A stretch of DNA of 64,000 nt from a virus. Position numbers and translations under genes: made by a program. The stretch is taken from the IMG/VR virus record IMGVR_UViG_3300042731_007874; one strand, written 5' to 3'. This document shows, piece by piece, positions 19,218-29,031 of this stretch (position 1 is its first letter; each line of letters opens with the position of its first letter). The notes under the pieces were generated by a model. It ran no database searches and was not told the origin of the DNA. It saw only the letters and a list, made by a program, of their open reading frames with translations.

Positions 19218-19811
19218 TTATTCCCAATTCTTAATAAGTCCTTTAAATTGTTGAGTCAAACTATCGTACAATAAATATTTATATCCAAGTTTTTGACAAA
19301 AGGCAATGTCTTTTTTCTTATATTTGTTATAAAGGACTACTGTTGTTTCTTTAAATTCTTTTGGATAGTGTTTCTTTAATCGACGAAGTTTCTTTCGGGC
19401 TTGGCCGTCCATATATCCTTTTATCTCATAATATCCTGCTGGAAATAGTTTGTTTTTCCCTATTATCTCAAAGTCCATTATATAGACAAAAGGAGTACTC
19501 TTATATCCATAGTCGTAAAAATTAAAAACTCTCTCTTCGTATTTCCATTTAGCTTTGACAAAATTCAGTATTCTTGCAAAGTTTGCTTCTGTCGCAGACC
19601 TAAAAGAATAAGAAGGATGAATGTCTTTTCTAATTCCTTTCTTCATCTTAGTATAAGATTCTGTCAAGGTCATGGTTTTTCTTTTTTTAGGAACTCCTTT
19701 ATGACAATTCACGCAAACAATAGGAATATTCATAGAATAAATTGCTGAAATATAGCAAATTATTTTCCTACACTGACTACACCTAATTGGAATTTGTTTT
19801 TGTTTTGTCAT
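19218..19811 (-). CDS. PD-(D/E)XK endonuclease, T7 endonuclease I/resolvase-like
   Basis: FRS..EA.FA, W.YE, Y..DF, YEIKG; N-terminal CxxC...CxxC. Confidence 0.7.
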   Translation of the reverse strand: MTKQKQIPIRCSQCRKIICYISAIYSMNIPIVCVNCHKGVPKKRKTMTLTESYTKMKKGIRKDIHPSYSFRSATEANFARILNFVKAKWKYEERVFNFYDYGYKSTPFVYIMDFEIIGKNKLFPAGYYEIKGYMDGQARKKLRRLKKHYPKEFKETTVVLYNKYKKKDIAFCQKLGYKYLLYDSLTQQFKGLIKNWE

Positions 19812-20796
19812 TAATACTGTGTAGTTGGCTTTTGTTCTGTATCTTGCGAGTTACCCATTTGTATTTCCTTTTTGGTTTTGGCTTTGCAAGACAAACTTTA
19901 TTTTCCTTTATCTCTTTATCTATCTTTTCTTTTAATAAATCTCTAGTTAAATCTTCATCATATCTTATTCTAATTAAAGAGATATTATTTTCTAGACAAT
20001 ATTTTGACTTTTGACTATCTCTTTCCTTTGCTTTTTCAAAAGATTTCTTATCTTTATGGAAGAAATTAGAAAACTTAAAATGTTGTATTCCATCAAACTC
20101 AAAAGCAAGTTGGAGAGCTGGGATAAAAAAGTCTAATCTTAAATTATTTGGAATTATATATTCAGATTCTATCTTGTAATTAGGGAATAGATCTTTTAAT
20201 AATTTAAGTATTTTGTCATTTCCAACAGAAGAAGTCCTTTTAATCTTTGCTGGAATTTTCTCTTGCTTGATTAGTTCTTTTATCTGAGCTGGAATCTTGT
20301 TGAAATAAGCAGCTACTTCAAAAAGAGTAACGTTGTTTGAGAAGATATAGTCTTTAACTAATTCTTTTTGAGTATCAGTCCAAGTACAGTTAAGTAATCC
20401 TTCTCTTTCGAGAGCGGCCATGATAGACGTTCTCTTGCGATTTAACTGCTTTGTTATACTCCCTATACTAGTACCATAGAAAGCAAGCCTACGAAGCTTC
20501 TGAAGGTCCTCAGAAGACCACCAAGAATCCTTCTTGAGAGCTAGACTTGATGCTTTTGTTTCAATTGCTTTTACAGATCTATTAAGAATTTTTTCTATGT
20601 TTTTATTTGAAAGATCCGGATAAAGTTCTTTTAGTTTTTTTACTTCAGCTTTTGACCACCAATATAGTTCTGGATCTACCTTATGTTGTTTAAGAATATA
20701 GAATATAGAGCCAATTGAATAGCCTGTTTGCTTACTTAACTTGGAAGTTGATACCTTTCCATAGTTCTTTAGGATATATTCTTCTTGAGAGTTCAT
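19783..20796 (-). CDS. Repeated Myb/HTH-like modules fused to a DUF559/Vsr-like endonuclease (homing-endonuclease-like)
   Basis: Three W(W/T)S..E...L repeats followed by RLDFFIP....FEFDG.QH...RD..K..YC..NNI.LIRI. Confidence 0.7.
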   Translation of the reverse strand: MNSQEEYILKNYGKVSTSKLSKQTGYSIGSIFYILKQHKVDPELYWWSKAEVKKLKELYPDLSNKNIEKILNRSVKAIETKASSLALKKDSWWSSEDLQKLRRLAFYGTSIGSITKQLNRKRTSIMAALEREGLLNCTWTDTQKELVKDYIFSNNVTLFEVAAYFNKIPAQIKELIKQEKIPAKIKRTSSVGNDKILKLLKDLFPNYKIESEYIIPNNLRLDFFIPALQLAFEFDGIQHFKFSNFFHKDKKSFEKAKERDSQKSKYCLENNISLIRIRYDEDLTRDLLKEKIDKEIKENKVCLAKPKPKRKYKWVTRKIQNKSQLHSINDKTKTNSN

Positions 20797-21104
20797 TTTG
20801 TAGATTTAATAGAAGGATATGGATTTTTAAAAATTGGAATCTGCATAGTCAATAGCCCTTGCTCTTCACAAAATTGGTTTAGTTCGTTAAAGATTTGGTC
20901 GTCTTCAATTGTTTGGTCAGTTCCAGAAGTAATATCATGATAATGAATACTTTGAGTAAGCTGATCAACAATAACCATATATCGTCTAACTCCTAAAGAT
21001 ATGGTTGCTTTATGCTCAAACCTATAATAGTCTGTAATATTAAGGTTTTTATCCGGATATTCTAAAGGAAACCGTCTGCTGTCAATTATTCTAAAGTTTG
21101 ACAA
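20793..21104 (-). CDS. Hypothetical protein
   Basis: Overlapping start/stop with neighbours. Confidence 0.55.
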   Translation of the reverse strand: MSNFRIIDSRRFPLEYPDKNLNITDYYRFEHKATISLGVRRYMVIVDQLTQSIHYHDITSGTDQTIEDDQIFNELNQFCEEQGLLTMQIPIFKNPYPSIKSTK

Positions 21105-21808
21105 TAGTTACACCTCCAGCAATTATAAAAATTCATATAAGAAACTTTTTTGCTAATTCCAGACTCAATAAAGTCTAAAGTCTTTTTAAGTTGTTGAAAA
21201 TCTTCTCTTCTATATGAAATTGTTTTCGACAACAGCTTCTGTTTTTTGCTATCAATTACTATGTATATTAATTTTATAATTTTATGACTATTATAAAAAG
21301 AATATATTTTAGAAAGAAGATTTAAATTAAGAGCAAGTTCTTTAGAAGTTTTCGTCTCTTTTCCGAATTCGATAATTATTAAATTCTTTTCTTTTATATT
21401 TAAGTCTATCTTTAAAAGACTTATATGGTTTGAAACAATACTTCTTCCAATCTGTATTTCTTTTTCAATGTCAACACCAGCAGTAGGATGAAATAGATCT
21501 GTAACTTCATATTTGCAATAGTCTGTAAATATTTTGGCGGCGTGAACAGAAAGATCTTGAGCTTCTTTTATAGGTATTCTGTTTTTTATTACTGTTGGCC
21601 ACCAAGTATTGTCCCATTGTCTTATTAGTTTTCTATTTGTAACTTCACTATCTTTTAGTAGACAAGCTAGTTCTGTTTTCTTTATTGTTTGAATAATGGT
21701 TTTTTCAAATGAAGAAAAATCCTTTTCTAATGGAATCTTCTTTATGTTGCTCGCCCATAAATATGGGCAAAAACTAAAAATTTCAAAATCCTTTGAGGTT
21801 AATCTCAT
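21086..21808 (-). CDS. Cas4/AddB-like PD-(D/E)XK-fold protein, probably degenerate
   Basis: N-terminal CPY and C-terminal CWRCNYC; IIEFG in place of the ExK motif. Confidence 0.5.
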   Translation of the reverse strand: MRLTSKDFEIFSFCPYLWASNIKKIPLEKDFSSFEKTIIQTIKKTELACLLKDSEVTNRKLIRQWDNTWWPTVIKNRIPIKEAQDLSVHAAKIFTDYCKYEVTDLFHPTAGVDIEKEIQIGRSIVSNHISLLKIDLNIKEKNLIIIEFGKETKTSKELALNLNLLSKIYSFYNSHKIIKLIYIVIDSKKQKLLSKTISYRREDFQQLKKTLDFIESGISKKVSYMNFYNCWRCNYCQTLE

Positions 21809-21981
21809 TCTATAAAATTATCTAGTATCTCAAATTCATTAAAAAGATCGTCTTCTTCTTCTTCGTAGTCTTTGTTCCGAAATCTATCTAACGTATAATT
21901 TGCAGAACAATGTGGACATTGATCATGATATTTTGGAGTTGTTTCTCCACATTCAATACAATAATAAATATATTTACCCAT
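21805..21981 (-). CDS. Small zinc-ribbon protein (58 aa, not in the ORF track)
   Basis: Translated by hand: MGKYIYYCIECGETTPKYHDQCPHCSAN...; SD GAGGAG; ATGA overlap with the next gene. Confidence 0.7.
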   Translation of the reverse strand: MGKYIYYCIECGETTPKYHDQCPHCSANYTLDRFRNKDYEEEEDDLFNEFEILDNFIE

Positions 21982-22108
21982 CTTTATTAAGCTTCTCCTC
22001 TAATAGATCTGCAATTTTTTCTAAGTTGTGATTAAATTCATCTAAGAAAGATGTATAATTTAAAGTAATTAAAATAAATTTAAATCCTTCTAAAAATGGT
22101 TTCCACAT
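21974..22108 (-). CDS. Small hypothetical protein (44 aa, not in the ORF track)
   Basis: MWKPFLEGFK...; fills the gap between the primase and zinc-ribbon genes. Confidence 0.45.
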   Translation of the reverse strand: MWKPFLEGFKFILITLNYTSFLDEFNHNLEKIADLLEEKLNKDG

Positions 22109-22109
22109 G

Positions 22110-24527
22110 TTAACTCCGAAGCAGTTGTTTTCTCTCCTCTAGCTCCTTAAGAGCTACTTCTTTATTAACATAAACCATACGCGCTGGTCCAGCATAAAGA
22201 TTCAAAAATTCTGCTCCGGTATAACCAGAAATCTTATTTTTGCCAAAACGGACTCCAATTCTTGGTTGAATAATTCCTTCTTGGTCGATATGAATTACTT
22301 CTGCTCTTTCTTCTCCTTTTAAATGAAGCTCGTTATATAAATGAATAATAACGTCCGCGTCATATTCTAGACTTCTACTAGAAGCAATTGCCGCATTACT
22401 TGGCGCTTCTCCAGGCTGTAGCTTTCTGTATTCTACAGTAGCCAAAATTGTCATTTGATTAGCAACTGCACTCCTCTTAAGATGATTGCTCATCTTTTTG
22501 ACTCTTTCTGTCTCGTTGAGGGCTTCTAGATCAGGAAGTTTATGAAAGTTATCTATACATAGAAGAATATGTTTATCTGGAAATTGATTTCTATAGTACT
22601 TTGCTATATTTTCAATATAAGCAAAAGAACTTCCATCTGAAGTATCTTTTATTACAAGCTTATTCTCTTGCGCTAGTTTTAAAAGCTTTCTATATCCTTC
22701 ATCTCTTAGTTTGGTAATTCCTGGTTTTTGTCTTTCCCAATATACTGGAGCAGAAACATCATTCTGATGCAGGAACAGTTCTTTAGTTCCATGACAAACC
22801 CATTTATAGACAATTCTGTTCTTTGCATCATCTATAGAATGATAGATACAGATTGCATTGTTCTTTGGGTTGTTTGCAACTTCATATAAGATTTGCGCAG
22901 CTAAAGTACTTTTCCCACTTTGAGAAGATCCACCTAAGTAAACTAATGCATTTTCTCTCCAATTTCCATTCAAACGAAGACCTAATTCTCCTAAAGTAGC
23001 AGGATTAAGAAGGAATCCTTCAAAGCTTCCATCTTTTGCATCATCTACTTCTTTCTGAGACATGATAGAGGCAAAGGTAGATTTTATTTCTTCTTTCCCT
23101 TGTGTTGTTTTGTTAATATCTGAGATTGCTTGTTGACAAGCAGCTAGACTTAGCTCTGCATCCTCTGGGTTTCGTCTAACTTCTTGAACAAAAGATTCAA
23201 TTGCATTTGTCTTAAGAGTGTGGATTTCTTTTTCTTTTTCATTTCTTTGTCGTTTAACTTCGGCCATAATATTGCCAAAGTCATAGCCAGTCATTTTTGC
23301 AACTTGTTTGGATAGTTCTTCTTGTCTAATATAGTTTGATTCAGACACAATAATCGGAATCATAGTATCTGCAATTTCTCTACATTTCTCTTCGTCTGGT
23401 TCGTCTTCGTTTTCGTCTATGAACTTCTTCATTCGCCATTCAAAGGCAGTCCATTTCTTAAGACGAATAAAAGCATCTATCCCATTTTGTCTTACAAATT
23501 CATCTGGATCTTTTGGGTCTTCTGGTAATTGACAAATTTGAACTCTGAAATCTTTTTCTTTTGCGAATTTTTCATCTAGGATTTTTTCTGTAGCAATTCT
23601 ACCTGGCCCATCTCCATCAAGCATAAGGACTATTTTAAAACAGCCATATCTTTTCAATAAGTGAAGATGATGATCAGTGAATGCTGTTCCCATAATACCA
23701 CAGCAATTCATTAATCCATGTTGTCTTAAGGTAATTACATTGGCTTGGCCTTCAAAAATATATAACGGACTAGGGGCTTCTTTTGCGATTTCAAAACCAT
23801 AGAGACGCTCTCCTTTTCTAAAAATCGCGCATTCTAGTCCTGTTTGTCTTGTGTTTATGTATTTTCCAGAGCCATCTTCTCTATCAAGTCTTTTTGCAGA
23901 GAATCCAACGGGTCTCCCTTCTGCATCATAGACAGTAAAAATTAGATTATTGTTTTCAAATAAAGTAGGATTAGATAGATCTATACCATCAAGGAATCTA
24001 GCTTCAAATCCTGCAGATTTCAGTTGTCTGCGGAATTCATTATAGTTAACCGTGCCAATTCCCCACTTAGCAACATTTTCTTTATTCCAGTTTCTACGTT
24101 CTATTTCTTTATCAATAAGAGAATAATCACCAAAGGATCTATCTGAAACTAGCTTAGCTGCTAATCTATAAGCTTCATAAGTTTTGTATTCATAAATCTC
24201 TTCTTGAGTAAGGTCTGCCAGCTCTGCTTGTATGCCATATTTCTTTGCAAAATATAAAACATTTTCCTCAACCCAAGCTCTTCCTTTCTCTGGCTTATTT
24301 TCTAATATCGAAGCAGCCTTAAACAGATCACAAACAGTTCCACATCCAAAGCAAAAAGCTGCTTCCGGATGTTGCTTTACTGTCATTGAGAAATTATTAT
24401 CTTCGTGTTTTGGATTAAGACACTTAAAATTTTTAGTCGTATTTATACCGCGTTCTTCTAGATATTGAGGCAAGAAAGGTTTTAGTTGTTTGCATAGAGA
24501 TTCTAAATTGACAATTCTCTGTTTCAA
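22110..24527 (-). CDS. DNA primase-helicase fusion (DnaG zinc finger + TOPRIM + DnaB-like)
   Basis: CLNPKH...CFGC zinc finger, KYINT, LYG, FEG, DGDGPG (DxD), DPDEF, Walker A GSSQSGKST, IDNFH, LEYDAD, KNK. Confidence 0.92.
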   Translation of the reverse strand: MKQRIVNLESLCKQLKPFLPQYLEERGINTTKNFKCLNPKHEDNNFSMTVKQHPEAAFCFGCGTVCDLFKAASILENKPEKGRAWVEENVLYFAKKYGIQAELADLTQEEIYEYKTYEAYRLAAKLVSDRSFGDYSLIDKEIERRNWNKENVAKWGIGTVNYNEFRRQLKSAGFEARFLDGIDLSNPTLFENNNLIFTVYDAEGRPVGFSAKRLDREDGSGKYINTRQTGLECAIFRKGERLYGFEIAKEAPSPLYIFEGQANVITLRQHGLMNCCGIMGTAFTDHHLHLLKRYGCFKIVLMLDGDGPGRIATEKILDEKFAKEKDFRVQICQLPEDPKDPDEFVRQNGIDAFIRLKKWTAFEWRMKKFIDENEDEPDEEKCREIADTMIPIIVSESNYIRQEELSKQVAKMTGYDFGNIMAEVKRQRNEKEKEIHTLKTNAIESFVQEVRRNPEDAELSLAACQQAISDINKTTQGKEEIKSTFASIMSQKEVDDAKDGSFEGFLLNPATLGELGLRLNGNWRENALVYLGGSSQSGKSTLAAQILYEVANNPKNNAICIYHSIDDAKNRIVYKWVCHGTKELFLHQNDVSAPVYWERQKPGITKLRDEGYRKLLKLAQENKLVIKDTSDGSSFAYIENIAKYYRNQFPDKHILLCIDNFHKLPDLEALNETERVKKMSNHLKRSAVANQMTILATVEYRKLQPGEAPSNAAIASSRSLEYDADVIIHLYNELHLKGEERAEVIHIDQEGIIQPRIGVRFGKNKISGYTGAEFLNLYAGPARMVYVNKEVALKELEERKQLLRS

Positions 24528-24539
24528 TGAATTTCCTTT

Positions 24540-25589
24540 TTAATAATTTTCGCAAATGAGTTTACTTGCTTCTAAAAGATTTTTAACAATATGATCTGGA
24601 TTTACTTTATTCCAGTCTACTTCTTTTCCATATCCTGTTTTAACTGCAATAGTAATGATAGGTTCGTTTGTGCAAGCCGCAAGAATATCAGAAGGCCTAT
24701 CTCCTATCATAAATTGGTTGTTAGATCGTCTTTTGTATTTGATATCTTTTTGTGCTTTATAAAGCATTCCCGGATTTGGTTTTCTATAAAACGATCTAGA
24801 GAAAAGATCAGGACAATAATATACTTTATCTATTCTTGCTCCTTCTTTCTTTACTAAAGATATCATTTTTTTGTTTATCTTGAGAAAATCTTCTTTTGTA
24901 AGAAAGCCGTAGCCTATTCCAGCTTGGTTAGTAATAACAACAACTGCAAAGTTTTTCTCGTTAAATCTTTTAATTGCTTCTGTTGCTCCTTCTGTAAATT
25001 CGAAATCTTTTGGATCATGAAGATAGTTTACTTCTTTGTTAATAACACCGTCTCGATCAAGAAAAACAATTCCGTCATAAATATGAGATTCTGAACATTC
25101 TACTAAAAGTTCTTTGTTAATAACATCTTCGATAATATTAGAGGTATGAATATCACAATTTATTTTATCTAAAATTTTAATTTCTCCAGAAAAATTTTTG
25201 ACTTCTGAATGTTGTTCTAGTTGTTTTTTTGTATAGTCAGGCCCTTTGAAAAAGAAATCTGGTTGAAGCTGTTTAAGGTTCTCATGATTATCTGTTTCTG
25301 TAAATAGAAAACAATAATCAACATACTCTAGAGCAGCAATACAAGAAATTCTTTGAGATTCCGGGATAATAGGTCGGTTTGAATTTTTATATGATTGAAT
25401 TGAGGAATCTGAGTTAACTCCAATTATTAACATATCACAGTTTTCTTTTGCTTCTTGAAGCCGCACAATATGGCCTAAATGTAATAGATCAAAAGCACCG
25501 GAGGTAAAACCAATTCTAATATTGCTGTTTACTTTTTTGGTTGCTTCTTTTACAAGAATTGCTTCTTCTCTTGTTATTATTTTACTCAT
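24540..25589 (-). CDS. HldE/RfaE domain II nucleotidyltransferase fused to a GmhB-like HAD phosphatase
   Basis: GAFDLLHLGH, GVNSD.S, KGPDY; then FLDRDGVIN, TNQAGI, RKPNPGM, MIGDR.SD. Confidence 0.9.
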   Translation of the reverse strand: MSKIITREEAILVKEATKKVNSNIRIGFTSGAFDLLHLGHIVRLQEAKENCDMLIIGVNSDSSIQSYKNSNRPIIPESQRISCIAALEYVDYCFLFTETDNHENLKQLQPDFFFKGPDYTKKQLEQHSEVKNFSGEIKILDKINCDIHTSNIIEDVINKELLVECSESHIYDGIVFLDRDGVINKEVNYLHDPKDFEFTEGATEAIKRFNEKNFAVVVITNQAGIGYGFLTKEDFLKINKKMISLVKKEGARIDKVYYCPDLFSRSFYRKPNPGMLYKAQKDIKYKRRSNNQFMIGDRPSDILAACTNEPIITIAVKTGYGKEVDWNKVNPDHIVKNLLEASKLICENY

Positions 25590-26157
25590 AGTTGGAAATA
25601 TACTCTTTCACTTTGCTAAAATTATCAACAGAAATAACTCTATTTTCTTGTCTATATTTTAGATTCCAAGGTTGTTCAGTCATAATCCCAGTTTGTGTAG
25701 TTAGTTTACTAATCACTTTTGGATCGTCATCAACCATATAATCTACATTAATAAGAGTTTTATTAGAAGAACTATCTACATAAATAATGTCGTAGTTGAT
25801 GTCTTTAAGATGATGTTTTAGCCATCTTGTTTTTTCTGAAGTACAATTATAAAAATTTATTGCTCTAGAAATGATAATAATTTTATTTTTTTTGTTCAAT
25901 TGTTTTAGTGTTTCAACTACCTCTGGAAAAATATCTAGATAAGTAAAAAATTCTGGTTGAATAAGATTTTCTAATAGGTTTTTTTCTTCTTTTGAAATAG
26001 GAAATTTCTTATTAAGCACAGTTTTAAGGTTGTATTCTGTAATATCTGTTCTTTTAATATTATTACCTGGGCTTCCATATTTATTATTTGCAGCTCTTAC
26101 AAAACCACCAATAAAGTCAGCAATGGTTCCATCCATATCGATACCAATTGTATGCAT
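25582..26157 (-). CDS. 5'(3')-deoxyribonucleotidase (HAD, NT5C-like)
   Basis: IGIDMDGTIADF, EK..WL..H, YMVDDDP, PWN. Start placed at MHTIG (26157) rather than 26244. Confidence 0.85.
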   Translation of the reverse strand: MHTIGIDMDGTIADFIGGFVRAANNKYGSPGNNIKRTDITEYNLKTVLNKKFPISKEEKNLLENLIQPEFFTYLDIFPEVVETLKQLNKKNKIIIISRAINFYNCTSEKTRWLKHHLKDINYDIIYVDSSSNKTLINVDYMVDDDPKVISKLTTQTGIMTEQPWNLKYRQENRVISVDNFSKVKEYISNYE

Positions 26158-26170
26158 TTTACTTTCCTTC

Positions 26171-27085
26171 TTATTTTTGGAGAGAGAATTCGTCTTTCTT
26201 GCATTGTCCTCTATAATGACAATAGCTACAATGCCAGTCACCAATCGGGGTTCCTTTCTTTACCCAAGCATCATATGATTTTTTCTTTATATATCCAATT
26301 GAATTAAGATATTCAACTTGATCATTTGGAATTTCGTTATAGTAGTCTTTTGGTGGAAGTTCTTCTTTTTTTAGATAACCAACTAACTCTTGAAATCTTT
26401 TCTCGATATCACTGTATTTAAAAGGATAATAAATCTTCTTGTCTGAGAAATAGTTCCAATATGGACCAGGAACTTGTTGATACCAGCATTGTCCGTTGTC
26501 ATCAATTCCTATCTCAAACTCAACCCTATGTCCGTCTCCACGCTCTATATAGTAAATTCGTGCTCTTGGAATTTCAGTTCTATATTCATTATGATATGTA
26601 ATGGCTTGTAAATAATGTTCGATTTTTGGCGCTCCTGGAATAGGAGGTTTTTTTGCTCCACAGATTTGTCTACCAGCATAATGTCCATAAAAAGATTTAA
26701 TCTCTTCTATAATTAACTCTTCAGTAACTGGATCTTTAATAACAATATCTAGTTCTCCAGAAACAATAAATTTAGGAGCAAAGAATTTTACAGCATTTGC
26801 GACATAGATCCCCATCTCTTTAACTCGTTCAATAACAGACAGCTCTGCTTTTTTACCAAGCTCTGCCTTCATCTTTAAGTTTGGCTCGAAACTTCTTTCT
26901 GATTTATATCCTTTTACTCTATAGTAGGCGGCTCTAAGACAAGTTCCCTCGGTAATCTCTTTCATGTCTTCTGTTAGATATTTAACCGAAGCTTCTGAAG
27001 GATAAAGTCCTGGCCTAAGCTTTGCAAAAGATCGCTTGTTTGCCATAAAATTATTTTCTGATTCAACTAGTGAAAAATTATTCAT
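26171..27085 (-). CDS. Cas4-like PD-(D/E)XK exonuclease with a four-Cys cluster
   Basis: CLR..YY, SGELD, EEIKS, Q...Y, CSYCHYRGQC. Confidence 0.78.
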   Translation of the reverse strand: MNNFSLVESENNFMANKRSFAKLRPGLYPSEASVKYLTEDMKEITEGTCLRAAYYRVKGYKSERSFEPNLKMKAELGKKAELSVIERVKEMGIYVANAVKFFAPKFIVSGELDIVIKDPVTEELIIEEIKSFYGHYAGRQICGAKKPPIPGAPKIEHYLQAITYHNEYRTEIPRARIYYIERGDGHRVEFEIGIDDNGQCWYQQVPGPYWNYFSDKKIYYPFKYSDIEKRFQELVGYLKKEELPPKDYYNEIPNDQVEYLNSIGYIKKKSYDAWVKKGTPIGDWHCSYCHYRGQCKKDEFSLQK

Positions 27086-27452
27086 TAACTTTGTCCTTTA
27101 CTTCAATCTTGTCTGCTTCCTTTTTAAGACTTTCTGCATATCCATTAAGATATTCTGCTAGTTTATGGCCGTATCTTCGCATGATTTTTTCTGCTTGGTC
27201 TGCATTCCTACATGGACAGTCAAAAACTATTTCTCCTACAAAAGGAATAAACATAGTACTTACAGTAGAGTCCCGGTCAAAGTATTTATTCGGATCTTTT
27301 TTCCTTTTTGTTTCAAGTTCTTCGAACTCGCCTTCCTCGTAGTTCGGAATATCATCAGGATGGCTAACATAATGTACTCGACCACATGCACATTCTCGCA
27401 CCAAGCCCCCACCTCTTGAACCAAAAACTTTCTCGAAAAGTGCTGAAATCAT
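27078..27452 (-). CDS. Hypothetical protein with CAC..H and CPC motifs
   Basis: ORF with SD, in operon context. Confidence 0.55.
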   Translation of the reverse strand: MISALFEKVFGSRGGGLVRECACGRVHYVSHPDDIPNYEEGEFEELETKRKKDPNKYFDRDSTVSTMFIPFVGEIVFDCPCRNADQAEKIMRRYGHKLAEYLNGYAESLKKEADKIEVKDKVNE

Positions 27453-27498
27453 TTATTCTTCTCCTTTTTGTTTATCTATCTATTTGACAGTTTTACTG

Positions 27499-27879
27499 TC
27501 ATATTGAGCCATCTTCTTCTCCTTGCTCTTCTATCCATCTGCCATTTTTATCTTTAACTTCTATTTTGATGTTTCTCATTTCTTTTTCAACTTTCTTTTT
27601 TATATTTTCTATAAGTCCCATTTGTTTAGCAGCTTCTATTTTTACCCAAGTTTGAAATTCTTTACTCTCTGCCATTCTTTTGAAGGCCAGCTTTTTGTTT
27701 TGCCATTGAGATCTTTCATCTTGAGCTTGTCCAACGGCATTTGAAGGATGATGAATAATTCTTACAGCAGTGTCTCTTTTGTTTCTATTTTGCCCGCCTT
27801 TACCAGAACCTCTATAAGTTTGGACTTCACAATCATGGATTGTTACTGAAAGAAGTTTCTCTCTATTCTTCTTCATCAT
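27499..27879 (-). CDS. Peptide chain release factor (RF-1/GGQ domain) protein, ArfB/PrfH-like
   Basis: RGSGKGGQNRNK..TAVRI.H.PS.....Q.ERSQ.QNK..A. Start probably at the MM codons (27879/27876). Confidence 0.88.
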   Translation of the reverse strand: MMKKNREKLLSVTIHDCEVQTYRGSGKGGQNRNKRDTAVRIIHHPSNAVGQAQDERSQWQNKKLAFKRMAESKEFQTWVKIEAAKQMGLIENIKKKVEKEMRNIKIEVKDKNGRWIEEQGEEDGSI

Positions 27880-28582
27880 CTTTGTATTCATAAGTGCCAT
27901 GTTCATTAAGAACATAATCGTTTTTGCATTCTGGCCTAAGCTTAAAAGCTATTTCATAAGCTTCTTTTGAGTATCCTGTAAATCTTTCAAGCTCTAGTTC
28001 TCCGGCTTTTGCTTTGCCAACCCCACAGTTAGAACCAATATCCTCATCAGAATATTCATATTCTAGAGTTATATCTGGACAAAGTTTACTCATCTCTTGA
28101 ATAATACCTGGAACTCCAGACCAAGCAGTTTCAAAAGTAAATATATTCCAACTTTCTTTTTTACATGAATAAGAATTCCATTTCGTTCCCCAGTTTGAAA
28201 TATTCCAATCATACCAGTTAGGTCGTCCTGATTCTTCACATTCTTTCCTTTCTTTTTCTCCTAAGTCTCCTTTAAAGATATTCTCTGGAGGAGGAATTAC
28301 CTTTTCAAAATCCGGGAAATGAGTCCAGGCTTGATTAATTTGAAAGACATACTCTTCTGGAAGACCAACTACTGGATCTTTTCCTCTTCTAGAGAAAGTT
28401 CCGGTTTTTTCATCAAACCAGCCATAACAAAGAGAATCAGATTTATGATTACAGATTATTCCTCCTCCATAAATAGCTCTTGCTAACTCTGCGGGATAAT
28501 AAGTACTAAATTTATCAAGAACTTCTTCTACTTGTTCTGACGTCCCTAGAATTGTTATTCGGTTTTTAATATGATTTGGCAT
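27863..28582 (-). CDS. YubB/DUF1281-like ferredoxin-fold protein
   Basis: MPNH..N, WYDWN..NWGTKWN, FETAWS. Confidence 0.75.
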   Translation of the reverse strand: MPNHIKNRITILGTSEQVEEVLDKFSTYYPAELARAIYGGGIICNHKSDSLCYGWFDEKTGTFSRRGKDPVVGLPEEYVFQINQAWTHFPDFEKVIPPPENIFKGDLGEKERKECEESGRPNWYDWNISNWGTKWNSYSCKKESWNIFTFETAWSGVPGIIQEMSKLCPDITLEYEYSDEDIGSNCGVGKAKAGELELERFTGYSKEAYEIAFKLRPECKNDYVLNEHGTYEYKDDEEE

Positions 28583-28584
28583 AA

Positions 28585-29016
28585 TTATTCTTCTTTCTTA
28601 TTAAAACGTTCACTTGCTAAAACAACAGAACTATTGTTTTCTTCTTCAATTATTTCTTCTTTCTTTTCTACTTTTTCATTTTCGATAACTTTTCCTTTTG
28701 CTTCTTCTACTTTCGTTTCTAGCTGTTCTTTAATGTGAGCAATATATTTTTCTGTGTTCTCTCGGACTTTAGAGGATTTTTCTATAACCTCGTCTTTTGT
28801 AATGATGTTTTTCTCTATTAAGATTTCAAACAGTACATTAACAAGACCTTCAAATTCTTTATTAACAATGGCATTATTAATACTATGCTCTTCTTGTCTG
28901 GCTACTCCTACAGACAAATAAGAAATTTTCTGTAGAAGACCGGTAAGCATCGTCATCATCTGTTGAGAATTTGATCCTTGGTTCACAATGTGTTTAATCA
29001 TATCTTGTTCGTTCAT
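28585..29016 (-). CDS. Hypothetical protein
   Basis: SD GGAG; helical, acidic C-terminus. Confidence 0.55.
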   Translation of the reverse strand: MNEQDMIKHIVNQGSNSQQMMTMLTGLLQKISYLSVGVARQEEHSINNAIVNKEFEGLVNVLFEILIEKNIITKDEVIEKSSKVRENTEKYIAHIKEQLETKVEEAKGKVIENEKVEKKEEIIEEENNSSVVLASERFNKKEE

Positions 29017-29031
29017 AATATCTCCTTTATA

